Source of the DNA: Bacteroidales bacterium
GTDB taxonomy: Bacteria > Bacteroidota > Bacteroidia > Bacteroidales > VadinHA17
Reading direction: 5' to 3'
NCBI GenBank assembly: GCA_025454755.1
Contig: JALONV010000004.1
Span: forward strand, 2,594 to 66,593
Length of the DNA: 64,000 bases
In this document: piece after piece, positions 45,536 through 54,849 of the stretch
How positions within the stretch are numbered: position 1 is the first letter of the stretch
How the letters are laid out: each line of letters begins with the position of its first letter
Notes under the pieces: model-generated
Database searches by the model: none
Seen by the model: the letters and a program-made list of their open reading frames with translations, nothing else
What the model was told of the DNA's origin: nothing
Translations under genes and position numbers: made by a program

Positions 45536-47035
45536 ATGAAAAAAACAGCATTAATAATACTGGCACTGATTTCGGCACTTAATGCCGGAATAGCGCAGAA
45601 TGTCGACGATGCTTTAAGATATTCACAGATATTCTATAACGGAACTGCAAGATTCATGTCGATGGGAGGCGCATTCACGGCACTCGGCGGCGATATATCA
45701 TCACTTAACCAGAATCCTGCGGGAATAGGCGTCTTCCGCTCATCCGAGATATCTGTTTCCCCGCAATTGTTTAATTTCAGGTCGCAAAGCAATTTCAACG
45801 GAAACAATACGGAAGATTTTCTGTACGATTTCAACCTGGGAAATGCAGGTATTGTCCTGAACCTTAAGAACAATCAGTCAACGACCGGACTTGTAACCCT
45901 CAACTTCGGATATTCCTACAGCAGGAACAATAACTTTAACGAATCAATAAATATCGATGGTAAAAGCGAGGGTAGTTCCCTGCTTGATCACTGGGCTGAA
46001 AAGATAGATGGAATAGTTGATACTTTATTGGAAGACAATATTGAAGCTGCCGATGCATACCTTGGATGGTATACCTGGCTCCTTGATCCGGTTTACGGCA
46101 CCAATGACACCTATGGCACTGTCTATACAAACTATGGAAGTTATCCTGCAGATTACGACAAGAACATGTCGCGTGTCATAACGAATACCGGCTATACAGG
46201 AGAGCATGCTATCTCCCTCGGAGGCAATTTCTCAAACAAACTTTACCTTGGCGCAACACTCGGCATCACCAGGCTTGAATACGAAAGCACCTATCAGCAT
46301 TCTGAGAAAAGCGACAGCATGCTGGTATCGGGATTTACGGATTTTAATTACACATACTATTACAGAAACTGGGGTACCGGTTATTCACTGAAGTTAGGGA
46401 TCATCTACAAACCTGTAGAGCCTCTCAGGTTAGGATTTACATTTAACTCACCGGGCATGTTCCTGATAAATGAATATCTCAACGATAACATTGTCTCAAA
46501 TGTTGATGGGAAGGTTGAGGATGAACTCGAAAATAAGGCATCATGGTTCAAGTACTGGCTCAGGACGCCGTTCAGGGCCACGATAGGGGTTGCCTACCAA
46601 GTAAAGAAGCTGGGGGTGGTCAGCGCCGAATATGAATTTGTCGATTATGGCATGGCAAGGTTCTCTGTTGTAGGGGATGATGACTATACAGGTTACCCAA
46701 AGAAAAACCAGGAGATTAAGAGTACTCTCAAGTCGACAGGCAATATACGTGTCGGTGCTGAAGCAAGGCTCAACAGGCTCTATTTCAGGGGCGGCTACGG
46801 GTATTATGGCAAAGCTTACAAGACAGGCGATGTAAACCAGGATATATGCTACAACTCGTACTCCGGCGGGATTGGATTCAGGGAACAGAATATCAATGTC
46901 GACTTTGGTTTCACGAGATTCTCATATCCGGAGAAATATATTCTGTATAAAACATCGTTTGAAGCTCCTTCTTCTGATATCGACATAGCCAGGAATATTT
47001 TTACGATTTCCTTCGGATATAAATTCGGTTACTAG
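45536..47035 (+). CDS. Outer-membrane beta-barrel protein, FadL/TodX/PorV-like
   Basis: Signal peptide MKKTALIILALISALNAGIAQ, then GTARFMSMGGAFTALGGDISSLNQNPAGIG, the FadL-family N-terminal pattern. It has alternating strands and a C-terminal FGYKFGY. The GTG at 45530 is an alternative start. Confidence 0.55.
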   Translation: MKKTALIILALISALNAGIAQNVDDALRYSQIFYNGTARFMSMGGAFTALGGDISSLNQNPAGIGVFRSSEISVSPQLFNFRSQSNFNGNNTEDFLYDFNLGNAGIVLNLKNNQSTTGLVTLNFGYSYSRNNNFNESINIDGKSEGSSLLDHWAEKIDGIVDTLLEDNIEAADAYLGWYTWLLDPVYGTNDTYGTVYTNYGSYPADYDKNMSRVITNTGYTGEHAISLGGNFSNKLYLGATLGITRLEYESTYQHSEKSDSMLVSGFTDFNYTYYYRNWGTGYSLKLGIIYKPVEPLRLGFTFNSPGMFLINEYLNDNIVSNVDGKVEDELENKASWFKYWLRTPFRATIGVAYQVKKLGVVSAEYEFVDYGMARFSVVGDDDYTGYPKKNQEIKSTLKSTGNIRVGAEARLNRLYFRGGYGYYGKAYKTGDVNQDICYNSYSGGIGFREQNINVDFGFTRFSYPEKYILYKTSFEAPSSDIDIARNIFTISFGYKFGY

Positions 47036-47086
47036 TACTTTGTTTGACTTCCCTGGAAAGGCCGTTTAATCTTAAGCGGCCTTTCT

Positions 47087-47692
47087 TCATAGATAATTCA
47101 TACTCTCAGGCCCGGCATTGAACAACAGATCGACAATGCTTAATCCGCCTGTAAAGCCCCTCTCACCGGTGAAAACCTGGATGTATGGCTTATTCTGATA
47201 ATCTGTTTTTTTCTTAGGGCTTATTTTGTACCTGAAATCATTTTCAGTCTTTGCAAGCGGCACAAAACCAGTTGTAAATGAGATTTTTGCCCTGATCTTT
47301 AACATATTCATAACGGCCAGAAGAAGTTCCATGTTCAGATCAAGCAGGAAATCATGATTCTTTAGTATGATATTTTCCAATACCTCATAATAATAGAGGA
47401 AGAAAGGAGAGGAGCTGTATGCAGAAACAATCGCCCTCAGATGTACCTGCTGCCACCGTTTTGAATAGTCAATGCGTATCTCCCTGACCGGTGTTTTGTG
47501 AAAGCTTCCCAGGTAAACGGGTACACTCAGGGATTGAGGTCCGGATGCGGAGAGTATGTAACAACGGTTACGGTAAGATTGCTTGAGATAGTTTTCTTCT
47601 TTTTCAATAAGTGCCTCTTCAGCACCATTCAGCCTGGCAAAATACTCGGCAGGAGGAAGATAAGCAGTTGATAACAGGACTTTCCCGGACAT
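47087..47692 (-). CDS. WbqC family protein
   Basis: LLSTAYLPPAEYFARL...KQSYRNRCYILSASGPQSLSVPV matches the WbqC-like family pattern as I remember it. Confidence 0.7.
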   Translation of the reverse strand: MSGKVLLSTAYLPPAEYFARLNGAEEALIEKEENYLKQSYRNRCYILSASGPQSLSVPVYLGSFHKTPVREIRIDYSKRWQQVHLRAIVSAYSSSPFFLYYYEVLENIILKNHDFLLDLNMELLLAVMNMLKIRAKISFTTGFVPLAKTENDFRYKISPKKKTDYQNKPYIQVFTGERGFTGGLSIVDLLFNAGPESMNYL

Positions 47693-47698
47693 GACCGA

Positions 47699-48448
47699 TC
47701 ACTTCATCCTGTTGATCATGCTGGCAGAGAATCCTGCACCGAAGCCGTTATCAATATTAACGACTGTCACACCTGCTGAGCAGCTGGTGAGCATCGCCAG
47801 CAGGGCGGATATGCCTCCGAAGCTGGCTCCGTATCCCACGCTTGTAGGCACTGCTATGACAGGAATGTCAACCAGACCTCCTACGACGCTTGCCAGTGCA
47901 CCTTCCATTCCTGCAATTACTATAATAACCCTGCAACTCCTTATTTCCGGAAGCTTGTCGACCAGCCTGTGTATGCCTGCAACTCCCGCATCATATATCC
48001 TTACAACCTTGTTGCCAAGGAGTTCGGCAGTTACTGCAGCCTCTTCTGCAACAGGAATGTCCGATGTGCCGGCAGTGATGACTGCTATCTTTGTTTTCGG
48101 AGTTTCAGGCCTTTTTTTCTGTACGGAGATGATCCTTGCTTCAGGATAATAAACTGCTTTTGCTGTTATTTTTTTCACAGCATCATACATTTCACTGCCT
48201 GCCCTGGTGCCGATAACATTGTTTTCCTTTTTGATCATTACCCTGAAAATCTCGCTCACCTGCTTTATGGTCTTCCCGGCGCAATAGACTATTTCAGGAT
48301 AGCCTGTCCTCATTTCGCGGTGATGATCGATACGTGCAAATCCAAGGTCGCTGTAGGGAAAATTCTTCAGCATCTCATATGCCTTGTCAACGCTGATAAT
48401 ACCCTTTTTTACCTCGTTAAGCAGTTTTTCTATTTCTTTACCTGTCAT
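47699..48448 (-). CDS. larB: Nickel-pincer cofactor biosynthesis protein LarB (pyridinium-3,5-biscarboxylic acid mononucleotide synthase)
   Basis: ARIDHHREMRTGYPEIVYCAGKT, followed by the PurE-like KIAVITAGTSDIPVAEEAAVTAELLG...AGVAGIHRL...VIAGMEGALASVVGG. Confidence 0.85.
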   Translation of the reverse strand: MTGKEIEKLLNEVKKGIISVDKAYEMLKNFPYSDLGFARIDHHREMRTGYPEIVYCAGKTIKQVSEIFRVMIKKENNVIGTRAGSEMYDAVKKITAKAVYYPEARIISVQKKRPETPKTKIAVITAGTSDIPVAEEAAVTAELLGNKVVRIYDAGVAGIHRLVDKLPEIRSCRVIIVIAGMEGALASVVGGLVDIPVIAVPTSVGYGASFGGISALLAMLTSCSAGVTVVNIDNGFGAGFSASMINRMK

Positions 48449-49248
48449 TTCTCGGTTATTTCAGTATACATGCTTCCGGTTCTGTAACCCTCAAGGTCCA
48501 AAGATATATATCTGAAACCTATTTCTTTAAGGTTAGCAACTATTTGTTCCCTCTCCGGATCATTGATGATCTTGCTCAGATATCCGGGCATGCATTCAAT
48601 ACGGGCAACATCCCCATGGAGTCGTACCCTTGTCCCGGGATAGCCTTTTTCAAACAGGAAATCCTCGGCTCTCCCTATCATCTTTAGCATCCCTTCACTG
48701 ACCTTAGTCTCATAAGGTATCCTGGTGAGAAGACAGGCCATAGCCGGTTTATCCCAGATGGACAGATTCTCTTTCAGCAGAAGTTCGCGGATATCTTTCT
48801 TCGTAAGACCGGCTTCAGCCAGCGGACTGCGCACAGACAATTCTTTCAGGGCTTTTAGTCCGGGCCTTATCTCACCGGTGTCATCGGCATTGGTGCCATC
48901 AAGAATATATTGATAGCCATTTTCAGATGCAAATACTGCAATTTTGCTGAAGAGTGTTTTTTTGCAGAGATAACACCTCTCCTTTGGGTTGTGCCTGATG
49001 ATCTCCGGGAAGTCAACATCAAAGATCTTATGTTTAATTCCGTGTGAATCAGCGAATTTATTTGCTTCATCTATCTCTCTGTCAGGCATATATAGTGTGC
49101 GGATTGTAATGGCGATCATATTGACCCTTGCCAGTTTTTTTGCCCTGTATGCAAGGAATGAGCTGTCGACGCCTCCCGAAAAAGCTATAACAAACGATTT
49201 GAGGTCCCTGAGTATTGAATCGAGCTTAATAGATTTTTCTTCAATCAT
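48445..49248 (-). CDS. larE: Nickel-pincer cofactor biosynthesis protein LarE (PP-loop ATP-dependent sulfur transferase)
   Basis: PP-loop AFSGGVDSSFL, and the candidate sacrificial-Cys region PAMACLLTRIPY. Confidence 0.85.
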   Translation of the reverse strand: MIEEKSIKLDSILRDLKSFVIAFSGGVDSSFLAYRAKKLARVNMIAITIRTLYMPDREIDEANKFADSHGIKHKIFDVDFPEIIRHNPKERCYLCKKTLFSKIAVFASENGYQYILDGTNADDTGEIRPGLKALKELSVRSPLAEAGLTKKDIRELLLKENLSIWDKPAMACLLTRIPYETKVSEGMLKMIGRAEDFLFEKGYPGTRVRLHGDVARIECMPGYLSKIINDPEREQIVANLKEIGFRYISLDLEGYRTGSMYTEITEK

Positions 49249-49270
49249 TTAATTTCTGATTATTCTTTAA

Positions 49271-49303
49271 AGCCCCCCGCCTCAGCGGGAGGTTGGGAAG
49301 AGG
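49271..49303. repeat. GC-rich hairpin element (cccgcctcagcggga-ggttgggaagagg), same family as 25050-25124
   Basis: It shares sequence blocks with 25050-25124. The larC stop codon (49282-49284) lies inside the hairpin loop. Confidence 0.6.
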
Positions 49304-50472
49304 TTTGTATTAACCAGCACAGCCAATACATTATTATATATCTCCTTAACCGGTATCCCTTTTTCGAGGGCAATCTTTTTAATATCCTCATACTCAGGTT
49401 TGACTGACACCTGACGTCCTTTATAGTATGACCGTTTTATTGTAACATTTCCATAAATGGTCTTCCTTACTTCGAATTTCCGTACAAGTGTATCCTTTCT
49501 GAATGGAATGCTCCTGATGCCAACTGAAGTCGACTCGGTGAAGATTATCTCCTTCAGCTTTTCCTCTGTGCCAGGCTCACAGATGATGTTCAGCACATTT
49601 CCAGGCCTTCCTTTCTTCATGATGATATTAGTAATATACACATCCGAAGCTCCGGCATCAAACAATTTTTCTGAAATATAATCAAAGAACTCCGGATTCA
49701 TATCGTCGATGTTGCATTCCAGAAGAAGTGCATCATGGCCGCTTTTTTCTTCTTCAGTTTCGCCCAGAAAAACTCTCAGCAGATTGGGCACATCCGGATT
49801 TTCCTTCTGCCCGACGCCATAGCCTGTTTTGATGACCGTGAATCCTGCAGGTGATCCAAAGCGTTTTCCCAGGGCTGAAAGTATTGCAGCTCCTGTAGGA
49901 GTAGTGGCTTCAAAATTTACTCCTCCGGCCTTTACCGACATTCCTTTTATTATTTCAGCTGTTGCAGGCGCAGGAACAGGAAGAGTGCCATGTTCACATT
50001 TTACAAAGCCTCCTCCAAGCTCAACAGGAGATACATGAACTTCATCGACATCCAGGGAATTGAAACAGATAGCGGCTCCGACAATATCTATTATGGAATC
50101 AATGGCTCCGACTTCATGAAAATGGACCTTTTCTACAGGAATACCGTGCACCAGGGCTTCTGCCCTTGCTACTTTCATAAAAATCTTCATACTGAGCTCT
50201 TTTGTTCTCGTATCAAGTTTTGATCTGTCAATTATCCGCTCAATGTCACCCAGGTTTCTGTGATGATGTTGTGTGCCGGTAATTTTTACAGTCACCCTGG
50301 TGCCTTCAATACCGTGCCTCTGATCTCTTTCAGCAGCTATTTTCCATCCTTTGATATTGAGTTTGCCGAGTTCCTTAATCAGGAATGATTTGCTTACGCC
50401 CAGATCAAGCATAGCCCCCAGATTCATATCTCCGCTAATTCCTGAAAAGCAATCGTAATAGAGGATTTTCAT
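49282..50472 (-). CDS. larC: Nickel insertion protein LarC
   Basis: MKILYYDCFSGISGDMNLGAMLDLG (UPF0272/LarC N-terminal signature), HFHEVGAIDSIIDIVG. Confidence 0.88.
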   Translation of the reverse strand: MKILYYDCFSGISGDMNLGAMLDLGVSKSFLIKELGKLNIKGWKIAAERDQRHGIEGTRVTVKITGTQHHHRNLGDIERIIDRSKLDTRTKELSMKIFMKVARAEALVHGIPVEKVHFHEVGAIDSIIDIVGAAICFNSLDVDEVHVSPVELGGGFVKCEHGTLPVPAPATAEIIKGMSVKAGGVNFEATTPTGAAILSALGKRFGSPAGFTVIKTGYGVGQKENPDVPNLLRVFLGETEEEKSGHDALLLECNIDDMNPEFFDYISEKLFDAGASDVYITNIIMKKGRPGNVLNIICEPGTEEKLKEIIFTESTSVGIRSIPFRKDTLVRKFEVRKTIYGNVTIKRSYYKGRQVSVKPEYEDIKKIALEKGIPVKEIYNNVLAVLVNTNLFPTSR

Positions 50473-50668
50473 TTACCGTGTGTTATAATGATAAAACAAT
50501 TTGTATTAATTATTGTTAAAACAACTTTGCGGTTTTCGAATGCTAATATAGTATTTAGCAACCAATTTACCCCATATGCCGATTGACCAGGTCTGCAGGC
50601 ACTTGTCATGCCACGGTACATTTTAACAAAAAAAATCGTAATTTGCACCTCTCAACCTGATTCTATAC

Positions 50669-51589
50669 ATGAAAAGAAGAGATTTTTTAAAGAAATCAGC
50701 AGGAGCAGGTCTCGCGGCTGGAGCAGCATTAAGCCTTGGCGGATATGATAAATTGTGGACACCAAAATCAGATTTCGCCAAATATGATCTGGTGGCTGTA
50801 ATGGGTGGTACTCCTGAAGCAATGTTCGACCTTGGCATACAGGAGCTTGGAGGTATGGGCGCTTTTGTTCAGAAAGGACAGAAAGTTCTTGTAAAACCCA
50901 ATATAGGGTGGGATGTGATTCCTGAACTGGCTGCAAATACAAATCCCGGACTGGTTGCCAGAATAGTAGAGCATTGTTTTAAAGCCGGGGCAAAGGAAGT
51001 TTATGTGTTTGACCACACATGCGACAACTGGGTGAATTGCTACAAAAATTCCGGCATCGAGAAGGCTGCAAAAAGCGCAGGGGCAAAGATCGTCCCGGGC
51101 AATTCTGAAAATTACTACCAGCAGATAGAAATACCGGGAGGGGTAAGGCTTAAGAGCGCCAAAGTCCATGAACTCCTGCTTGAAACAGATGTTTTCATCA
51201 ACGTCCCGGTTCTCAAAGATCACAATTCTACAAGAATGACCGCATGTCTCAAGAATATGATGGGAGTTGTATGGGACAGGGGTTTCTGGCACTCAAACAA
51301 CCTGAACCAGTGTATTGCCGATTATGCCCTCTATGAAAAGAAACCCGCTCTCAATGTCATTGATTGTTACAATGTCATGGTCAAGAATGGTCCTCAGGGT
51401 GTCTCAAAGGAAGATGTTGTTCAGATGAAATCCCAGATAATAACAACTGACTGGGTAGCCGGCGACGCAGCTGCAGCAAAAATGCTGGGAGTTGAAACCG
51501 AAATTGTCGAATATATCTCAATCGCCCACAGAATGGGCCTTGGCAACATGAAACTTGAATCTCTGAATATCCAGAGACTTAAAATGTAA
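50669..51589 (+). CDS. Tat-exported DUF362 domain protein
   Basis: Twin-arginine signal MKRRDFLKKSAGAGLAAGAALSLG. The DUF362-like core is KVLVKPNIGWD...NTNPGLVARIVEHCFKAGAKEVYVFDH. Confidence 0.75.
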   Translation: MKRRDFLKKSAGAGLAAGAALSLGGYDKLWTPKSDFAKYDLVAVMGGTPEAMFDLGIQELGGMGAFVQKGQKVLVKPNIGWDVIPELAANTNPGLVARIVEHCFKAGAKEVYVFDHTCDNWVNCYKNSGIEKAAKSAGAKIVPGNSENYYQQIEIPGGVRLKSAKVHELLLETDVFINVPVLKDHNSTRMTACLKNMMGVVWDRGFWHSNNLNQCIADYALYEKKPALNVIDCYNVMVKNGPQGVSKEDVVQMKSQIITTDWVAGDAAAAKMLGVETEIVEYISIAHRMGLGNMKLESLNIQRLKM

Positions 51590-51595
51590 TCCCTG

Positions 51596-53155
51596 ATGAG
51601 GTCGCATAACCTTAGAAGTTTCCGTATACTGTTCTCCGCGATAGTATTGATCTGCTTTATCGCAATATTCATTGATTTTAAAAACCTCATTCCGACAAAG
51701 TATATCAATATTATACTTTCCCTGCAGTTCATACCTTCCTTACTTAAGTTCCACAATATCGGAACTCTGGCATCAGCAGGATTCATTGCAGTTCTGATAC
51801 TTACTTTTCTGACGGGAAGGACCTATTGCTCATTTCTCTGCCCGCTCGGGGCAGGTCAGGACCTGAACAGCAGAATAGGAGGAAAGATCAGGAAGAAATT
51901 CAGAAGATACGGTTTCAAGAAACCACATACCATAATAAGATATACCCTTCTCGGAGCAACTATTATAGTGACTATTATCTGGGGAGTTTATCTTCTGACA
52001 CTTCTTGATCCCTACAGCATCTTCGGAAGGTTTATGACCCATTTCGGTAAACCGGTAGTAATTGTTCTCAATAATTTTGTTGCATGGATCCTTCATAAAT
52101 TTGATGTATATACTTTAGATCACATTACAATTAAGGGTTTCCAGCTTCTTACCTACTCGATACCTCTTATTTTCCTCTTCCTCGTAGGACTTCTCTCTCT
52201 TACTAAAGGCAGGCTCTACTGCAACATGATTTGTCCGTTAGGTACACTGCTTGGACTCTTTTCAAAGATTTCGATTTTCAGGATCAGGATCGACGAAACA
52301 AAATGTACCAAATGCGGAAGATGCTCAGTAGGCTGCAAATCATCGTGCATCGACTTCCTGCAGCACAAAGTTGATATATCGCGTTGTGTGGATTGTTACA
52401 GCTGCATCAATATCTGTCAGGACAAAGCAATCTCTTATGGCCCTGTCAGGTTGAAGAAAAAAGAGCACAAGACTGATACTGAGAAAAGAAAATTCATTGC
52501 CGGTTCACTGATTCTGATGCTTGGTCTGCCTCAAATCCTGAAGTCGCAGGATAAAACAACCCCGGTACCAAAAAAAGAATCGACTGTAAGGGAGAATAAA
52601 ACATGTCCGGTTTGCCCCCCCGGAGGTGTCTCTATTGAAAACTTCAACATTGACTGCACGGCATGTTCCCTCTGCATAGCTGCCTGTCCGAATGGAGTAC
52701 TGGTGCCTGCACTTCTTCAGTATGGAGTGGCAGGAATGATGCAGCCGGTAATGGATTATCACAAAAGCTTCTGTACCTATAATTGCACTAAATGCACCGA
52801 AGTTTGTCCAACCTATGCACTTCATCCTCTTGCCCTTGAAGCTAAAAAGCTTACACAGATCGGCAAGGTGAATTTCGTAAAGGATAATTGTATTGTAAAA
52901 ACCGAGAAGACAGCCTGTGGAGCATGTTCAGAAGCATGTCCGACCAAGGCAGTGTTTATGATACCTTACGAAGGCAACCTTCTTATACCGGAAGTTAACA
53001 CTGAAATATGCTGTGGCTGCGGACACTGTGAATATGCATGCCCGACGACGCCGTACAAGGCCATATATGTCGACGGAAATCCTGTTCATGTAGCTGCCAG
53101 ACCTCCTGAAAATATACAGACTGAAATTAAAACACCTGTTGATTTTCCATTTTAG
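51596..53155 (+). CDS. Membrane-bound polyferredoxin (NapH/MauN-like 4Fe-4S binding protein)
   Basis: N-terminal TM helices carry CSFLCPLG and CNMICPLG motifs. Six CxxCxxC(xxx)CP-type cluster motifs follow (CTKCGRCSVGC, CVDCYSCINIC, CTACSLCIAACP, CTKCTEVCP, CGACSEACP, CCGCGHCEYACP). Confidence 0.8.
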   Translation: MRSHNLRSFRILFSAIVLICFIAIFIDFKNLIPTKYINIILSLQFIPSLLKFHNIGTLASAGFIAVLILTFLTGRTYCSFLCPLGAGQDLNSRIGGKIRKKFRRYGFKKPHTIIRYTLLGATIIVTIIWGVYLLTLLDPYSIFGRFMTHFGKPVVIVLNNFVAWILHKFDVYTLDHITIKGFQLLTYSIPLIFLFLVGLLSLTKGRLYCNMICPLGTLLGLFSKISIFRIRIDETKCTKCGRCSVGCKSSCIDFLQHKVDISRCVDCYSCINICQDKAISYGPVRLKKKEHKTDTEKRKFIAGSLILMLGLPQILKSQDKTTPVPKKESTVRENKTCPVCPPGGVSIENFNIDCTACSLCIAACPNGVLVPALLQYGVAGMMQPVMDYHKSFCTYNCTKCTEVCPTYALHPLALEAKKLTQIGKVNFVKDNCIVKTEKTACGACSEACPTKAVFMIPYEGNLLIPEVNTEICCGCGHCEYACPTTPYKAIYVDGNPVHVAARPPENIQTEIKTPVDFPF

Positions 53156-53172
53156 GACTTTAAATTTTCATT

Positions 53173-53583
53173 ATGGAACCAACACATATTGAGCATATTG
53201 GAATTGCTGTCATCAACCTTGAGGATGCAATTAAACTGTTTGAGAAGGTCTTCAGGCTGAAATGCTATAATATTGAAGAAGTTGCCGATCAGAAGGTGAG
53301 GACTGCTTTCTTCATGCTCGGTGATACAAAGATCGAATTGCTGGAATCAACAGATCCTGAAGGACCTATAGGTAAATTCATAGAGAAGAGGGGTGAGGGT
53401 TTACATCATATTGCCTTTGCAGTGAAGAATATTGAAGATCACCTAAGGCATGCTGAAGAGCTAGGGATCAAGCTGATAGATGCAAAACCCAGGAAAGGTG
53501 CTGAAGGACTCGACATCGCATTTCTCCACCCGAAATCAACATCAGGGGTACTGATTGAGATATGTGAGGATAAGAGGAAGTAA
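53173..53583 (+). CDS. mce: Methylmalonyl-CoA epimerase (VOC superfamily)
   Basis: IEHIGIAVINLEDAIKLF...KIELLESTDPEGPIGKFIEKRGEGLHHIAFAVKNIE...AFLHPKSTSGVLIEICE. Confidence 0.85.
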   Translation: MEPTHIEHIGIAVINLEDAIKLFEKVFRLKCYNIEEVADQKVRTAFFMLGDTKIELLESTDPEGPIGKFIEKRGEGLHHIAFAVKNIEDHLRHAEELGIKLIDAKPRKGAEGLDIAFLHPKSTSGVLIEICEDKRK

Positions 53584-53604
53584 ATTCAAGTTAAAAGCAA
53601 AAAT

Positions 53605-54828
53605 ATGAGCAAGATTGCCACTGCCGGAAATGCCGGACCGAAAGTGAGATCCGATTGCGAAATAACGATTGAGATCAGGCAGAAGGGAGGAATAGCTATT
53701 AACCTGAAATCGAAGGTTAAAACTCTCTATGGGGAATCAATAAAGAGCCTTTGCAGGGAAGTTCTTGATTTCTTCAGGATCAGAAATGCTGTTCTTTCAA
53801 TTGACGATTCCGGAGCTCTTCCCTTAGTTATTGCCGCGCGGCTGGAAGCTGCCATCAGGAAAATCACCGGTACTGAAATGGAATTTCTCCCGGAAATGAT
53901 AAAGGAGAATCTTTACGCTACAACTCCGGAAAGGACAAGGTTTTCGAGGCTTTATCTTCCCGGCAATAGTCCGGGGCTGATGATCAATGCAGGACTGCAT
54001 TCATCACATGGAATAATTCTCGATCTTGAAGATTCGGTCGCTCCAGATAAAAAGGATGAAGCAAGAGTCCTGGTCAGGAATGCACTCCGTCAGATAGATT
54101 TCAGGGGAGCCGAGAGAATGGTGAGAATCAACCAGGGCGAAACAGGACTTAAGGACCTTCAGTGCGTTGTTCCTCATAATGTCAATCTCGTTCTTGTTCC
54201 GAAATGCGAAACTGCTGAACAGGTAAGGCAGACGCAAGAATGGATAAATGAGATCAGAAGCAGAAAAAAGATAAGGAACAGGATTTTTCTGATGCCTATT
54301 GTCGAAAGTGCGATGGGGATTGAAAACTGCTCAGAGATTGCCCGCGCTTCAGATGATGTTGTTGCACTGGTTATTGGTCTTGAGGATTTCACGGCTGATA
54401 TGGGAGTGCAGAGAACACAGGAAGGTGCTGAATCATTATATGCAAGATCGCGGCTTGTCATTGCAGCAAAAGCAGCAGGCATACAACCAATAGATTCAGT
54501 ATTTTCCGATGTCGGCGACCTTGATGGATTAAAGCAAAACGTGCTGAGATCCAAGGCATTGGGATTCGAAGGCATGGGTTGCATTCACCCAAGGCAGATC
54601 AGGGTGATAAATGAAGGTTATTCTCCTGATAATGCAGAGATCGATAAATCAATTAAGATTGTACTGGCATTTGAAGAGGCATCAAAAAATGGTTTGGGTG
54701 TTGTTGCTCTCGGAACGAAAATGATCGATGCGCCTGTAGTAAAACGGGCATTGAAGACTATTGCACTGGCAGAAAAATCAGGACTTATAGGGAAGGACTG
54801 GAGGGGAAAGACAGACAGTAATCAGTAA
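53605..54828 (+). CDS. citE: Fusion of citrate lyase acyl carrier protein (CitD-like, ~aa 1-95) with citrate (pro-3S)-lyase beta subunit (CitE, HpcH/HpaI family)
   Basis: The N-terminal AGNAGPKVRSDCEITIE...LSIDDSGALPLVIAARLEAAI resembles CitD (E. coli AGTLESGDVMIRI...VDDKGALDCILRARLEA). The remainder, RSRLYLPGNSPGLMINA...IILDLEDSVAP...VRIN...LMPIVESAMG, is CitE-like. Confidence 0.75.
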   Translation: MSKIATAGNAGPKVRSDCEITIEIRQKGGIAINLKSKVKTLYGESIKSLCREVLDFFRIRNAVLSIDDSGALPLVIAARLEAAIRKITGTEMEFLPEMIKENLYATTPERTRFSRLYLPGNSPGLMINAGLHSSHGIILDLEDSVAPDKKDEARVLVRNALRQIDFRGAERMVRINQGETGLKDLQCVVPHNVNLVLVPKCETAEQVRQTQEWINEIRSRKKIRNRIFLMPIVESAMGIENCSEIARASDDVVALVIGLEDFTADMGVQRTQEGAESLYARSRLVIAAKAAGIQPIDSVFSDVGDLDGLKQNVLRSKALGFEGMGCIHPRQIRVINEGYSPDNAEIDKSIKIVLAFEEASKNGLGVVALGTKMIDAPVVKRALKTIALAEKSGLIGKDWRGKTDSNQ

Positions 54829-54849
54829 TCAGTAATCAGTAATCGGTAT

